Positions 10,049 to 20,466 of a stretch of DNA of 64,000 nucleotides are shown in pieces; the stretch's first letter is position 1; each line of letters begins with the position of its first letter. The notes under the pieces were generated by a model. The model was given only the letters and a program-made list of their open reading frames with translations, was not told where the DNA came from and ran no database searches. The DNA comes from an uncultured Azospirillaceae bacterium. Its GTDB lineage: Bacteria; Pseudomonadota; Alphaproteobacteria; RF32; CAG-239. The position numbers and the translations under genes are program-made. The DNA is taken from assembly GCA_964410325.1 (NCBI GenBank), contig CAYPFN010000004.1, positions 1,486 to 65,485 of the forward strand, in the 5' to 3' direction.

Positions 10049-10885
10049 GTGTTTTTGGGTAAATCTGCGTTTTATAGACGCTGCAAACTTTATGGTTTAA
10101 TAATGTACGTTAGCATGGCGTGGCTTTCAAATATTTTGGCCTTCAGCTCCGAATAATTTTAGGCTTTCTTGTAAGGTTTATCAAAAAAAGTTTTATCTTT
10201 TTTATTGTTTCAAAATAAAAAAATCCTGATACAATTATAAATAACGTAATATAAAGTGTGAAGATTTTGTTATGTGTAATTTTACTCTAACCCTGGTTTT
10301 CGGGTTGGTTATTGCAAAAACTATACGGGAAGTTGTATTCAAGTTTGTTCTGGCACCATCTATCCTTACTCAGAGAGTATTACAAACGGATAATTATCTA
10401 GAATTTTTGTACAGGATATAGGAGGTACTTCTACTGGCAGCTGTAGTGGCTCATCCGCCTCGTATTACTTTGACTTTACTTTTAACTCAGATTATACCAA
10501 ATCCATAAGCAGCTGTGTGAAAAGGGCTCATAAAATAGAACTAAAGAAAAGCGGATGTATATAAATGTTATTATAATAACAACTGTTTTACCGTTGAAAA
10601 AGTTATAGTAGTTAATGAGAATAGAGATTCTGTAGAATGTACTTCCAGCGGTTCAAGTCAAACCGTTTCTATATTATCTTCAGTAAAAATTCAGATAGTT
10701 GTTTATAATGAAGATACATTTTTTAATACTATAACTGTATTTCAATTTGGTACAATTCTATCAAATGAATTTGTGTGGTGTTCTACCGCAACAAATAAAA
10801 CGCCTTGATGCATCACGAAAGTGAAAAACAATTTTTATAGATTCTGACGGAAAGCAATTTGAATTTTACGTTCTAAAAAATAACA

Positions 10886-11770
10886 TCAGTCTTCCAGTTT
10901 TTCAATAAGCTTTTCCAGCTGCGCTAAATCTTTATATGCAAAAGTAATTTTACCGCGACCGTTTTTGCTGGCGATAATTTGCACTTTTAAACCATATTTT
11001 TTTGAAAGGCTGTTTTCAATTTCATTTAAATCTGCGTCTTTTTGCGTCTTTGCATGTAAAGCCGGTTTTTTTGACTCTAGAGAGGTTTCTTTGCCCACTG
11101 AGACTATTGCCTCAACTTGACGCACATTCAATCCCTCAGTGGCGATTTTTTGGGCAAGTTTTTCAGCATCCTCCCGACCAACCAAGGCCCGGGCATGGCC
11201 GGCCGATATTTTTCCTTGATTTAATAATACTTTAACCCCTTCCGGTAAGGTTAAAAGACGCAGACTATTAGTAATATAGCTACGGGATTTACCGATTACG
11301 CTGGCAAGTTTTTCCTGTGTGTAAGAAAATGTTTTTATCAGTTGTTCAAAACCTGAAGCTTCTTCTAAGGCCGTCAAATCCTGACGGACAATATTTTCGA
11401 CTAAGGCAACTTCCAAAACTTCATTATCGGCCATATTTTTTTCTATAACTGGAACTTCGGTCAAGCCGGCCTGCCTGGCGGCGCGATATCTTCTTTCGCC
11501 GGCAATAATCTCATATTTTTCACCAGATTTGCGCACAAGAATCGGTTGTAATATACCCTTATCTTTTATAGATTCCGACAAAGCTTTAATGGCATCGGCA
11601 TCAAAATCCTGCCGCGGTTGATATTTACCTGGTACTAAATCTTCAATTTTGACGGACTTAATTGTATGGCGGTCAGTAGCGATAATACCGTCGGCGGTTA
11701 AATCTAAGTCTTCATCGCCAAACAGCGCACCTAACCCGCGGCCTAAACCATGCTTATTGCTAGCTGCCAT
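10886..11770 (-). CDS. parB: Chromosome partitioning protein ParB
   Basis: 294 aa. The ParB box GERRYRAA and the HTH region SRSYITNSLRLL. Confidence 0.9.
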   Translation of the reverse strand: MAASNKHGLGRGLGALFGDEDLDLTADGIIATDRHTIKSVKIEDLVPGKYQPRQDFDADAIKALSESIKDKGILQPILVRKSGEKYEIIAGERRYRAARQAGLTEVPVIEKNMADNEVLEVALVENIVRQDLTALEEASGFEQLIKTFSYTQEKLASVIGKSRSYITNSLRLLTLPEGVKVLLNQGKISAGHARALVGREDAEKLAQKIATEGLNVRQVEAIVSVGKETSLESKKPALHAKTQKDADLNEIENSLSKKYGLKVQIIASKNGRGKITFAYKDLAQLEKLIEKLED

Positions 11771-11771
11771 G

Positions 11772-12539
11772 TCATATCTCCTTTTCGCGTTTTAAAACTT
11801 CTTTGGCTAAATTAATATATGCTTGCGCGCCAGTACTTTTAAAATCATATATCAAAATTGGTTTGCCGTGTGAAGGAGCTTCTGAAATACGAACGCTCCG
11901 CGGAATTACCGTTTGATAAACCAAGTTGCCGAAATATTGACGGACATCTTTTTCCACCATGGAACTTAAGTTATTGCGGCGGTCAAACATGGTTAAGACA
12001 ATCCCCTGCACTTTAAGCGCCGGATTAAAGCTTTTCTTTATCTGATTGATATTCTTGACTAAATCCGTCAGCCCTTCCAGCGCCAAAAATTCGCATTGCA
12101 GCGGAATAATCACTGAATCTGAGGCAACAAGCGCATTAATGGTAATCAAATTTAAAGAAGGCGGACAATCGATTAAAATATAATCATATTTTTCTTTTAA
12201 CGATTGCAGCGCATGCTGTAAAACAAATTCACGTCTAGGCACATCAATCAATTCAATTTCTGCTCCAGCCAAGCCCGGCGTTGAAGGTAATAAATAAAAA
12301 TTCGGTATTTCACAGGCCTTAACGGCTTTTTGCGCTTCAAGCCCATTAATCAAAACATCATAAGAAGAATATTCGCAACTTTTTTTATCAACCCCCATTG
12401 ATGTTGTGGCATTACCCTGTGGATCAAAATCAAGCACCAACACATTTTTGCCAATAGCCGCCATGGCCGTAGCAATATTGATGGCTGTTGTGGTTTTGCC
12501 GACGCCACCTTTACGGTTGGCAACAGCGATTACTTTCAT
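11772..12539 (-). CDS. parA: Chromosome partitioning ATPase ParA
   Basis: 255 aa with the deviant Walker A KGGVGKTTT. Adjacent to parB with a 1-nt gap. Confidence 0.9.
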   Translation of the reverse strand: MKVIAVANRKGGVGKTTTAINIATAMAAIGKNVLVLDFDPQGNATTSMGVDKKSCEYSSYDVLINGLEAQKAVKACEIPNFYLLPSTPGLAGAEIELIDVPRREFVLQHALQSLKEKYDYILIDCPPSLNLITINALVASDSVIIPLQCEFLALEGLTDLVKNINQIKKSFNPALKVQGIVLTMFDRRNNLSSMVEKDVRQYFGNLVYQTVIPRSVRISEAPSHGKPILIYDFKSTGAQAYINLAKEVLKREKEI

Positions 12540-13159
12540 TTCTTTTTCCTCCTTAAATTTTCTAATAATAAAATTACCCCGTCGGCGGATTGTTCGTTTG
12601 GCTGAACCGACAAATTAAAATTCCAGTTTTTAAAAGCTTTTTTTAACTCGATTTGATATGACTTTCCTTTGGGAAAAATCAGTTTAGTCCGGCACGTTGT
12701 TAATTTAAATACATAGTTCAAAAGCTTATCAAGCGCCGCCACGGCGCGGGCAGTAACAACATCAGCTGGCGGTAGATCTAAACCTTCGGTGCGCGCATTG
12801 ATAACCGTCACATTGTTTAGATCAAGCTCATCCTTAACAGTCTTTAAATACAGTGTTTTTTTAGTTACGCTTTCAATTAACGTAAAACGCATAGATGAAC
12901 GAGTTTCCTGAGCCATGATTGCCAAAATCAGCGCTGGAAAACCCGCACCACTGCCTACATCATAAACAGAATTAACTTCTGGAGTTATATATTTGAAAAG
13001 ACCGGCAGAATCGGCAATATGACGCATCCAGACATCAGACAGGGAATTACGGCTGACCAAATTGAATTTTTCCTGCCAAACTTGCAATAGTCCGACAAGC
13101 TTTTCCAATTTTTGATATGTTTCACGTGAAACATTGTATGTCGTGATGAAATTATCCAT
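12536..13159 (-). CDS. rsmG: 16S rRNA m7G527 methyltransferase RsmG (GidB)
   Basis: 207 aa. SAM motif DVGSGAGFP. Synteny: parA-rsmG-mnmG. Confidence 0.85.
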   Translation of the reverse strand: MDNFITTYNVSRETYQKLEKLVGLLQVWQEKFNLVSRNSLSDVWMRHIADSAGLFKYITPEVNSVYDVGSGAGFPALILAIMAQETRSSMRFTLIESVTKKTLYLKTVKDELDLNNVTVINARTEGLDLPPADVVTARAVAALDKLLNYVFKLTTCRTKLIFPKGKSYQIELKKAFKNWNFNLSVQPNEQSADGVILLLENLRRKKK

Positions 13160-13236
13160 ACTGATTTTTATAAACCGTCATAAAGAATAGATAAACCGAA
13201 AACAGAAGTTATAAACATATATTTTTATGAAAACAT

Positions 13237-14076
13237 CTATTTTAAATGGAAACGATTGTTACAACCAAGCTCTTTTAATGTATTTTCCGCTTTATCAAAA
13301 GCATAGCCAAGTTCGTTAATGCTGTGAGCATCATCACTGATGACCAGTGGAACTTTTTGTTTAATTAACTCCCGTAAAATATAGTTTTCAGGAAAATAAT
13401 CATTGATTTTCCGCAAACCTTTGGTGCTTATTTCACAAGCCATATTTTGTCGATGTAAAGCATCCACAACCGCCAAACGTTCCGCAAACATTGGATATTG
13501 TGCATGCGCCGGAAGTTTACGCGCGTAATCTAAATGCGCCAAGAAAACAAACAATCCAGAATCGACGGCTTTAACCAAAGTCTGATAATGTCTGAGCAAA
13601 TAATTTTCCAATGTATCATCAGTTTCTTCGGGCTGCATTTTTTTATAATTGTAAATATCTATAACCTGAGAGCCGTTCTCATTCATGAAAAAATGATTTC
13701 CAGATATTAGATAATCATGATCAACTTTAGTCATAAAATTTTTAAACTGTTCCAACCAACCATCATATGTAAAAAAGTCAACCTCATAACCAAGATAAAC
13801 TTTTAAAGGATATTTTTTCACCGTCTTGCGGAAAAACTCAGCATTTTTTTGAAAAATGGGCAGAGCTTCTTGAAAATCAGAATGATAAATTTCCGCATGC
13901 CTTCGCGCTACCAACTTATCATAATAAGCACTTTGTCGAATATTTTTATGAACAATCAAATGATCAGTAATGCCGATTTCTTTCCAACCTAGCTTTACTG
14001 CCTGCTGTAGCATCTCTTCCAATGTGTTGTTTCCGTCAGAAAAAATCGTATGTGTATGATAACTAAACTGTTGCAT
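13237..14076 (-). CDS. PHP-domain histidinol-phosphatase family protein
   Basis: 279 aa. N-terminal YHTHTIFSDG is the PHP metal-binding HxH motif. A later DHL is also present. Confidence 0.55.
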   Translation of the reverse strand: MQQFSYHTHTIFSDGNNTLEEMLQQAVKLGWKEIGITDHLIVHKNIRQSAYYDKLVARRHAEIYHSDFQEALPIFQKNAEFFRKTVKKYPLKVYLGYEVDFFTYDGWLEQFKNFMTKVDHDYLISGNHFFMNENGSQVIDIYNYKKMQPEETDDTLENYLLRHYQTLVKAVDSGLFVFLAHLDYARKLPAHAQYPMFAERLAVVDALHRQNMACEISTKGLRKINDYFPENYILRELIKQKVPLVISDDAHSINELGYAFDKAENTLKELGCNNRFHLK

Positions 14077-14085
14077 AAAACAATC

Positions 14086-15945
14086 CTACTTCTTTAAATG
14101 TCCCAAAATAGCCGTAATTGCCGCTGGCGTTACGCCCGGTATACGCGAAGCTTCACCGATTGTCGATGGGCGGACTTTACTCAATTTATAAACCATTTCG
14201 CGTGATAAACCGCCAATTGATTGATAATCTATATCCTCACGGATTTTTAAGTTTTCATCTTTTTTAAAAACTTCTATATCTGAGAGCTGCCGTTTAATAT
14301 ATCCTGAATAACGCGATTCTATTTCAATTTGTTCATAAACTTTAACGTCGAACTCTTTGAGTTCAGGATATAAATTTAAAATTGTTTCACGTGAAACATC
14401 ACTATACCCCATTAAATGAAAAGCCGTACGCTTTGCACCGTCATGATTAAAAGCTATGCCGCTTTTTTCCATATCAACATAAGTAGCTTTCAGATTATGA
14501 GAAAGTGCACGGCAATTATCAATTGCCTGCTTTTTAGCTTTAAATACACTGTTTCTGTATTCTCCGACACAACCTATTTGATAACCCAAAGGCGTTAAAC
14601 GCATATCCGCATTATCTGAACGTAAAAACAAACGATATTCAGAACGTGATGTAAACATTCGATACGGTTCATCTACGCCTTTGGTAATCAAATCATCAAC
14701 CATAACACCAAGATATCCCTGGCTACGGTCCACGACAAACTCCCTACCTTTATTTTCAGCTTTTAAAGCGGCATTTACCCCAGCTAACAATCCTTGGGCG
14801 GCAGCTTCTTCATATCCTGTTGTACCATTAATCTGGCCGGCTAAAAATAGTCCTGAAACTTTTTTTACTTCAAGACAATGATTTAATTCCTGCGGGTCAA
14901 TATAGTCATATTCTATAGCATAGGCCGGACGTAAAATTTCAACATTTTCCAAACCTTTCATCGTATGAATAAATTGGTGTTGAATATCTTCAGGCAGAGA
15001 AGTTGAAATTCCGTTCGGATATACAACATCCGTATTTAATCCTTCCGGCTCTAAAAAAACCTGATGGCTGGTTCGCTCGGCAAATTTGACAAGCTTATCT
15101 TCAATACTTGGACAATAACGCGGACCGACACCAGTAATTAGTCCTGAAAAAAGCGCACATTTTGCAAAATTATCACGAATGATTTTATGCGTTTCTTCAT
15201 TAGTATGTGTGATATAACACTTAATTTGCGAATTATATATTTTATCTGTTAAATAAGAAAATGGCTCAGGATTTTCATCACCTTTTTGTTCTTCCAATAT
15301 GTTCCAATTAATAGTTTTTCCATTCAACCGCGCTGGAGTACCTGTTTTCAAACGTCCTACCTTCAGACCCAATTGCTTTAAATACGGTGTTATACCAGAG
15401 CAAGAAACATCGTTAAACCGACCACCGATTGAGGTTTGATGACCTATAAACATTATGCCGTTTAAAAAAGTTCCTGTTGTTAAAACAACAGCTTTAGCCA
15501 TAATTTGACTACCATCTGCCAAAATAATGCCGTTAATCCAGTTTATATTGTTTTCATTAATAATGTTTAAGCCTTCAACGGAAGTTTCCATAATTTCAAG
15601 ATTTTGTTGTTCTTGTAATACCTGAAACATATATTGTTTATATAAATCCCTATCCGCTTGGGCTCGCGGACCACGAACCGCTGGACCTTTTGAAGAATTA
15701 AGCATACGAAACTGTATGCCAGCTTTATCAATTACCCGACCCATCAAACCATCAAGAGCATCTATTTCCCGTACCAAATGCCCTTTACCGAGTCCACCAA
15801 TTGCCGGATTACAAGACATTTCACCAATTGTTGAAATTTTGTGAGTTATCAAAACAGTTTCTGCGCCTAAACGTGCTGCCGCTGCGGCTGCCTCACAACC
15901 AGCATGACCACCACCGACAACTATAACATCATAAATATTCTTCAT
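14086..15945 (-). CDS. mnmG: tRNA uridine 5-carboxymethylaminomethyl modification enzyme MnmG (GidA)
   Basis: 619 aa. FAD-binding [14 protein letters not shown], and a long region with the typical MnmG identity pattern. Confidence 0.9.
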   Translation of the reverse strand: MKNIYDVIVVGGGHAGCEAAAAAARLGAETVLITHKISTIGEMSCNPAIGGLGKGHLVREIDALDGLMGRVIDKAGIQFRMLNSSKGPAVRGPRAQADRDLYKQYMFQVLQEQQNLEIMETSVEGLNIINENNINWINGIILADGSQIMAKAVVLTTGTFLNGIMFIGHQTSIGGRFNDVSCSGITPYLKQLGLKVGRLKTGTPARLNGKTINWNILEEQKGDENPEPFSYLTDKIYNSQIKCYITHTNEETHKIIRDNFAKCALFSGLITGVGPRYCPSIEDKLVKFAERTSHQVFLEPEGLNTDVVYPNGISTSLPEDIQHQFIHTMKGLENVEILRPAYAIEYDYIDPQELNHCLEVKKVSGLFLAGQINGTTGYEEAAAQGLLAGVNAALKAENKGREFVVDRSQGYLGVMVDDLITKGVDEPYRMFTSRSEYRLFLRSDNADMRLTPLGYQIGCVGEYRNSVFKAKKQAIDNCRALSHNLKATYVDMEKSGIAFNHDGAKRTAFHLMGYSDVSRETILNLYPELKEFDVKVYEQIEIESRYSGYIKRQLSDIEVFKKDENLKIREDIDYQSIGGLSREMVYKLSKVRPSTIGEASRIPGVTPAAITAILGHLKK

Positions 15946-16536
15946 TATTTTACCTTGTTAATTTTATCTGTATCATACGTGAAAATATCCATAATTCAAC
16001 AGAAAAATTTAAGCAAAAAAAAGAAAAAATTTGAAAATTAAATGACTTTATTTAATATGAGCTTATCGTCGTATGACAATAGTATCTGAAAAACATCATA
16101 CAAACAAACTCCTTGACAAGGAGAGTTCCAGAAATAAGGCTTAGCTTGAATAAGGGAGACTGTTGTTAGACTGTTTTTTAGCTCCTAATATTAAAAATTA
16201 AGATGGTTTTGTTTTTAACCAAAATAAAATTAGAGGAGCTTAGTAAAATAACAAAAGCACACTGGATTAAAGTTAACACGGCGTGAAATAAGGCAACTTT
16301 TATGGGAATTACGAAAAACCACTGATATTAAATTTATTTGGCAATGCAGTTAAGTATTCAGGAATGACATTTAGATTATTTAATCTTCTGTGGAAAAATT
16401 TTTATTAATCTGAGGGATTTGCTGTAGCTGACTACCTTTTATGACAAAATCATTAAAATTTATTTGGTGGATTTTAAGTAAGAATTTTCATCTCAATTTA
16501 AAATTCTGATGTTTATACATCTGAATTTTTCTTTTA

Positions 16537-17880
16537 TTATTTACCAATGCAAAAAGAACCAAAAACCTTATCCAAAACTTCATCAATTTCAATCCGACCA
16601 GTTATTTTCCCTAAAGCACGTACTGCAAGACGAATATCTTCTGCAGATAATTCTATTTCTTTATCAAAATTAAAACAGCGCAGATTTTCCAAACATTCTA
16701 TTAAGGCTTCACGATAGCGCTTCCGTGTTATCAATAGGTTTGAATCTGAAGTAAATTTTCGACCTATGTCAGCGGCTATTTTATCAATAAGCTTTTCCAA
16801 ACCTTGGTTATATTTAGCAGAAACCAACAAACATCCTTGATTTTCCAATATTGAACATTGTTCAAATGTTAATTTATCACATTTATTAGCAAGGTATAAG
16901 ATATTGTTTTGAGATTCTTTTTTGATATCGGTAAATATTTCGGGCGTGTCGGTGGAAGCATCGAAAAGAGCTAAAATCATATCGGCCGTACGAATTTTAT
17001 TAAAAGCTATTTCAATTCCCTGTTTCTCTATCGGATTATCAGAATTCCTTATGCCTGCCGTATCTGTAAATATAACTGGATAACCTTTAATATCAAGGTT
17101 AACATCGACAGCATCTCTGGTTGTTCCAGCTATTTCCGAAACAATAACAGCATTACGCTTAACTATAGCATTTAACAAACTCGATTTTCCCGCATTTGCT
17201 GGACCAGCAATAACAACTCTAAACCCTTCCCGCAATCTTTCGCCATAATTGGAAGTGTTTAAATGTTCATCTATTTCTTTAATTAATTTAAATACAGTGT
17301 TCAAATTAGACTCTTTTATATTTTCTGGAATGTTTTCTTCTGGAAAATCAATATAAGCCTCTAAATAAGCATATACTTTTAAAAGTTCTTCCCGCCAACT
17401 ATCATAAATTTTTTTTAACATTCCTTCCATTTGCCGCAAAGCATATTTACGTTGTGCAGCCGTTTCAGAATCTATTAAATCCGCCAGTCCCTCAGCTTCG
17501 GTTAAATCCATTTTTTGATTATAAAAAGCCCGACGCGAAAATTCTCCTGGTTCTGCAAGTCGAAAATTAGGCAGTTTAGCCAAAGAATCCAAAATAGCGG
17601 ATAAAACCGCCCGCGACCCATGACATTGTATCTCCACAACATCTTCACCCGTAAAAGAATAAGGTTTTTTAAAATACAATAATAATGAATTATCCAATGA
17701 TTCACGTGAAACAGAATCATAAATTTTTGTAAAATAAGCATATCTCGGCTTTAAATACAGTGTATCAAGTGGAGTCATCTGCTTGACAACTTTTAAAGCA
17801 TCTTTTCCAGAAATTCGAATAACAGCAACTCCTGATTTTCCATACACGGTGGAAAGTGCGTATATTGTTTTATTATCCAT
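16537..17880 (-). CDS. mnmE: tRNA modification GTPase MnmE (TrmE)
   Basis: 447 aa. G1 GPANAGKSSL, G3 DTAG, and a C-terminal CIGK. Confidence 0.9.
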   Translation of the reverse strand: MDNKTIYALSTVYGKSGVAVIRISGKDALKVVKQMTPLDTLYLKPRYAYFTKIYDSVSRESLDNSLLLYFKKPYSFTGEDVVEIQCHGSRAVLSAILDSLAKLPNFRLAEPGEFSRRAFYNQKMDLTEAEGLADLIDSETAAQRKYALRQMEGMLKKIYDSWREELLKVYAYLEAYIDFPEENIPENIKESNLNTVFKLIKEIDEHLNTSNYGERLREGFRVVIAGPANAGKSSLLNAIVKRNAVIVSEIAGTTRDAVDVNLDIKGYPVIFTDTAGIRNSDNPIEKQGIEIAFNKIRTADMILALFDASTDTPEIFTDIKKESQNNILYLANKCDKLTFEQCSILENQGCLLVSAKYNQGLEKLIDKIAADIGRKFTSDSNLLITRKRYREALIECLENLRCFNFDKEIELSAEDIRLAVRALGKITGRIEIDEVLDKVFGSFCIGK

Positions 17881-18052
17881 GTTTACCTCGTAAAATTTAG
17901 TTTAAAATAATGCATATGTATTAATAAAATTATAAATTTCCAATTTTTTGGGCACATAATGACTTTTTATTATTTTTTAATAGTTACACTATAAACTAAT
18001 TAAAATTCGTTTGTACAAACATTTAATAAAGCGGTTTTTCGAAGAGGAATTT

Positions 18053-18721
18053 ATGAAAAAACTGATTATATGGGATTTTGATGGCGTTATTGCTGATACT
18101 GAAAAATTATGGTTAAAAAATAGACAGATTCTTATGAAGGAAAGTTTAGGCATTGATTGGGACTGGCAAACAGTCAACCACTATCTACGCGGCATGGGTG
18201 ATAAAACCAAAAGAGACGTTCTTGATAATCTAGGCATTGTCACCGATAATGCCTTTTGGGATAAAATCATTGCCATGGATGTTGAAACGATGCAAACAGA
18301 AGGTTTTGAATTAACTGATGGAATCGAACAAATTTTTAAAATGAACAATATTAAGCAATGTATAGCCACTGGTGGTGTTAAAAATAAAACATCTTTAAAA
18401 ATTGATATCACCGGCATTCGTAAATATTTTCCCGATAATCACGTTTTTACAGTTGATATGGTAAAATACGGCAAACCAGAACCTGATTTATTTTTACTTG
18501 CCACTGAAAAAATGGGAGAAAAACCGCAAGATGCTGTAGTTATTGAAGATTCTATCGCTGGTTTAACAGCAGCAATCAAAGCAGGTTGTCTACCTATTGC
18601 TTTTCTAGCAGGAGATTTAGTTGGAAACGATATTCATTTTAACCAGGTTAAAAAACTTGGTGTCAAATATATAACTCATGATATGCAAACTTTAAAAAAA
18701 CTTATTCTTGAGTTGTTTTAG
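18053..18721 (+). CDS. HAD-superfamily hydrolase (phosphatase/beta-phosphoglucomutase-like)
   Basis: The DxD motif IIWDFDGVIADT lies immediately after the internal Met. The track ORF starts at 18011. Confidence 0.6.
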   Translation: MKKLIIWDFDGVIADTEKLWLKNRQILMKESLGIDWDWQTVNHYLRGMGDKTKRDVLDNLGIVTDNAFWDKIIAMDVETMQTEGFELTDGIEQIFKMNNIKQCIATGGVKNKTSLKIDITGIRKYFPDNHVFTVDMVKYGKPEPDLFLLATEKMGEKPQDAVVIEDSIAGLTAAIKAGCLPIAFLAGDLVGNDIHFNQVKKLGVKYITHDMQTLKKLILELF

Positions 18722-19418
18722 CTGATTCATTAAATTTTAACCAGACGGCATTCTTTAGCTTTTCTTTTAAAAATTTTTCATGTGTTTCAATTTCTTGCGC
18801 GGTTAAGAGAAAAGATCTTGGTTCGAGATATGTTTTGTTTTCAATCTTTTGAACAGAATTAATTTTAATTTCATCATCAGGTGTCAAACTCATTGTCGGT
18901 TCAGCACCTCCCAAAAGTTCAAGATAAACCTCAGATAAAAGTTCAGCGTCAAGCAAAGCACCATGTTTAGTACGGGCTGAATTATCTATATTAAAACGAC
19001 GGCATAAAGCATCAAGATTGTTTCTAGCGCCGGGAAATTTATTACGAGCAATTTCAAGCGTATCCACAACTCTTTCCCAAGGATAAGTATTAAAGCCTAA
19101 ATGTTTGAATTCATAATTAATAAAACGTATATCAAAAGAAGCATTATGAGCGACTAAGATACCATCATCACCTACAAAATTTATAAAATCCTGTGCTACT
19201 TCCGATAACTTCGGATAATTTTTCAAAAATTCTTCCGTAAGGCCATGGACTTTGACCACCTCTTCAGGTACATTGCGCCCTGGATTTATATATTGGTGAT
19301 AAGTACGTCCAGTTGGCAAATGATTTATCAGTTCAACAGCGCCAATTTCTACTAATTTATCGCCTTCTTCAGGGTTTAATCCTGTTGTCTCCGTATCAAA
19401 AACAATTTCTCTTAACAT
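18702..19418 (-). CDS. dnaQ: DNA polymerase III epsilon subunit (3'-5' exonuclease)
   Basis: 238 aa. Exo I FDTETTG, Exo II VAHNASFD, Exo III HGALLDAELL. Confidence 0.85.
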   Translation of the reverse strand: MLREIVFDTETTGLNPEEGDKLVEIGAVELINHLPTGRTYHQYINPGRNVPEEVVKVHGLTEEFLKNYPKLSEVAQDFINFVGDDGILVAHNASFDIRFINYEFKHLGFNTYPWERVVDTLEIARNKFPGARNNLDALCRRFNIDNSARTKHGALLDAELLSEVYLELLGGAEPTMSLTPDDEIKINSVQKIENKTYLEPRSFLLTAQEIETHEKFLKEKLKNAVWLKFNESAKTTQE

Positions 19419-20014
19419 TTTTCAAATCCGTTTATAATTTCAATCAAATCTGCTTTCAGGCATCCGATAGGTTTATCTGTCGATACAACAAAATCAGCCA
19501 TATTTATGCGAATACGGTTAGGCATTTGCATCTTCAAAATATTATCAAAGTCAATTTCAGAAATATTATCACGCATCATTACTCTGTGTTTCTGAATTTC
19601 ATAAGGAACTTCAGCAACAATGACATCCGTGCAATATTGTTCCCACCCCATTTCAAACAATAAAGCAACATCAATAAAAATAATATTATCATGCCGGCTG
19701 TTTTTATGAATAACATCTAAAAACTTTCGTTTTAAAAACGGATGTATCATTTTTTCTAATTTTTGCAATTCCAAACGGCTGTTAAAAACATGATTACGCA
19801 AAATCCTTTTATTAAAAATGCCGTTTTCCCAACAAAAAGGAAATATTTCACGAATTTTTTGCAGAAAATCAGCTTCAAAATAAAGCTCGCGACACCACTT
19901 ATCAACATCATAAACAACAAATCCGAGTTTTCTGATAATGCCGGCAATGGTAGTTTTGCCACAGCCAATAGCGCCCGTTATTGCAATAATATGCATTTTT
20001 ATATTTCCTATCAA
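19412..20014 (-). CDS. coaE: Dephospho-CoA kinase
   Basis: P-loop ITGAIGCGKTT near the N-terminus. The true start may be the internal Met at about 19996. Confidence 0.8.
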   Translation of the reverse strand: MIGNIKMHIIAITGAIGCGKTTIAGIIRKLGFVVYDVDKWCRELYFEADFLQKIREIFPFCWENGIFNKRILRNHVFNSRLELQKLEKMIHPFLKRKFLDVIHKNSRHDNIIFIDVALLFEMGWEQYCTDVIVAEVPYEIQKHRVMMRDNISEIDFDNILKMQMPNRIRINMADFVVSTDKPIGCLKADLIEIINGFEKC

Positions 20015-20200
20015 ATATTTATATTGTTATACACAAAACTTCTTAATGTCTGTGTATAAATATGAATTTAAGAAAAATAATACAATTTTATACGCATAAT
20101 GTAAAAACATTTCCGATAATTTATCAACATGTTGATAATATTATAATAATGTTGTTACTAACGGTCATTATAAAAATTATTAACAATATGTTAAAATTTA

Positions 20201-20240
20201 TTAAGTTTTTGAAACGTAAAATAATTAATAATTTATTAAC
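20201..20240. promoter_or_regulatory. Two tandem CtrA-box-like motifs (TTAA-N7-TTAA and TTAA-N7-TTAAC) in the coaE/rho intergenic leader
   Basis: ttaacaatatgttaa at 20201-20215 and ttaataatttattaac at 20225-20240. They match the alphaproteobacterial CtrA consensus TTAA-N7-TTAAC. The region is very AT-rich, so chance matches are possible. Confidence 0.3.
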
Positions 20241-20466
20241 AATTTAACTAACACTGTATTCATCTTTTGATAAATCTGTGAATAAAAAGTAATCCTCAAT
20301 CAACACAGAAATAAACAAACAACTGTAAAGTATTTTAAAATTAAATTAGGATAGGCAAGCTGTGTATAAAAACTTTTGAATTTAAGATTGACATTTTTAA
20401 CATTTTTAGTATATATATGCCTATCGCGTTCGCGGTAATCTATATTAATTTATCAATAAGGTTTAC

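Noticed and set aside
10050-10885. Possible chromosomal origin (oriC) in the large AT-rich spacer next to parB
   Set aside because: No DnaA boxes (TTATCCACA/TGTGGATAA or the Caulobacter-type TGATCCACA) were found by eye. Alphaproteobacterial oriC is usually near hemE, not parB.
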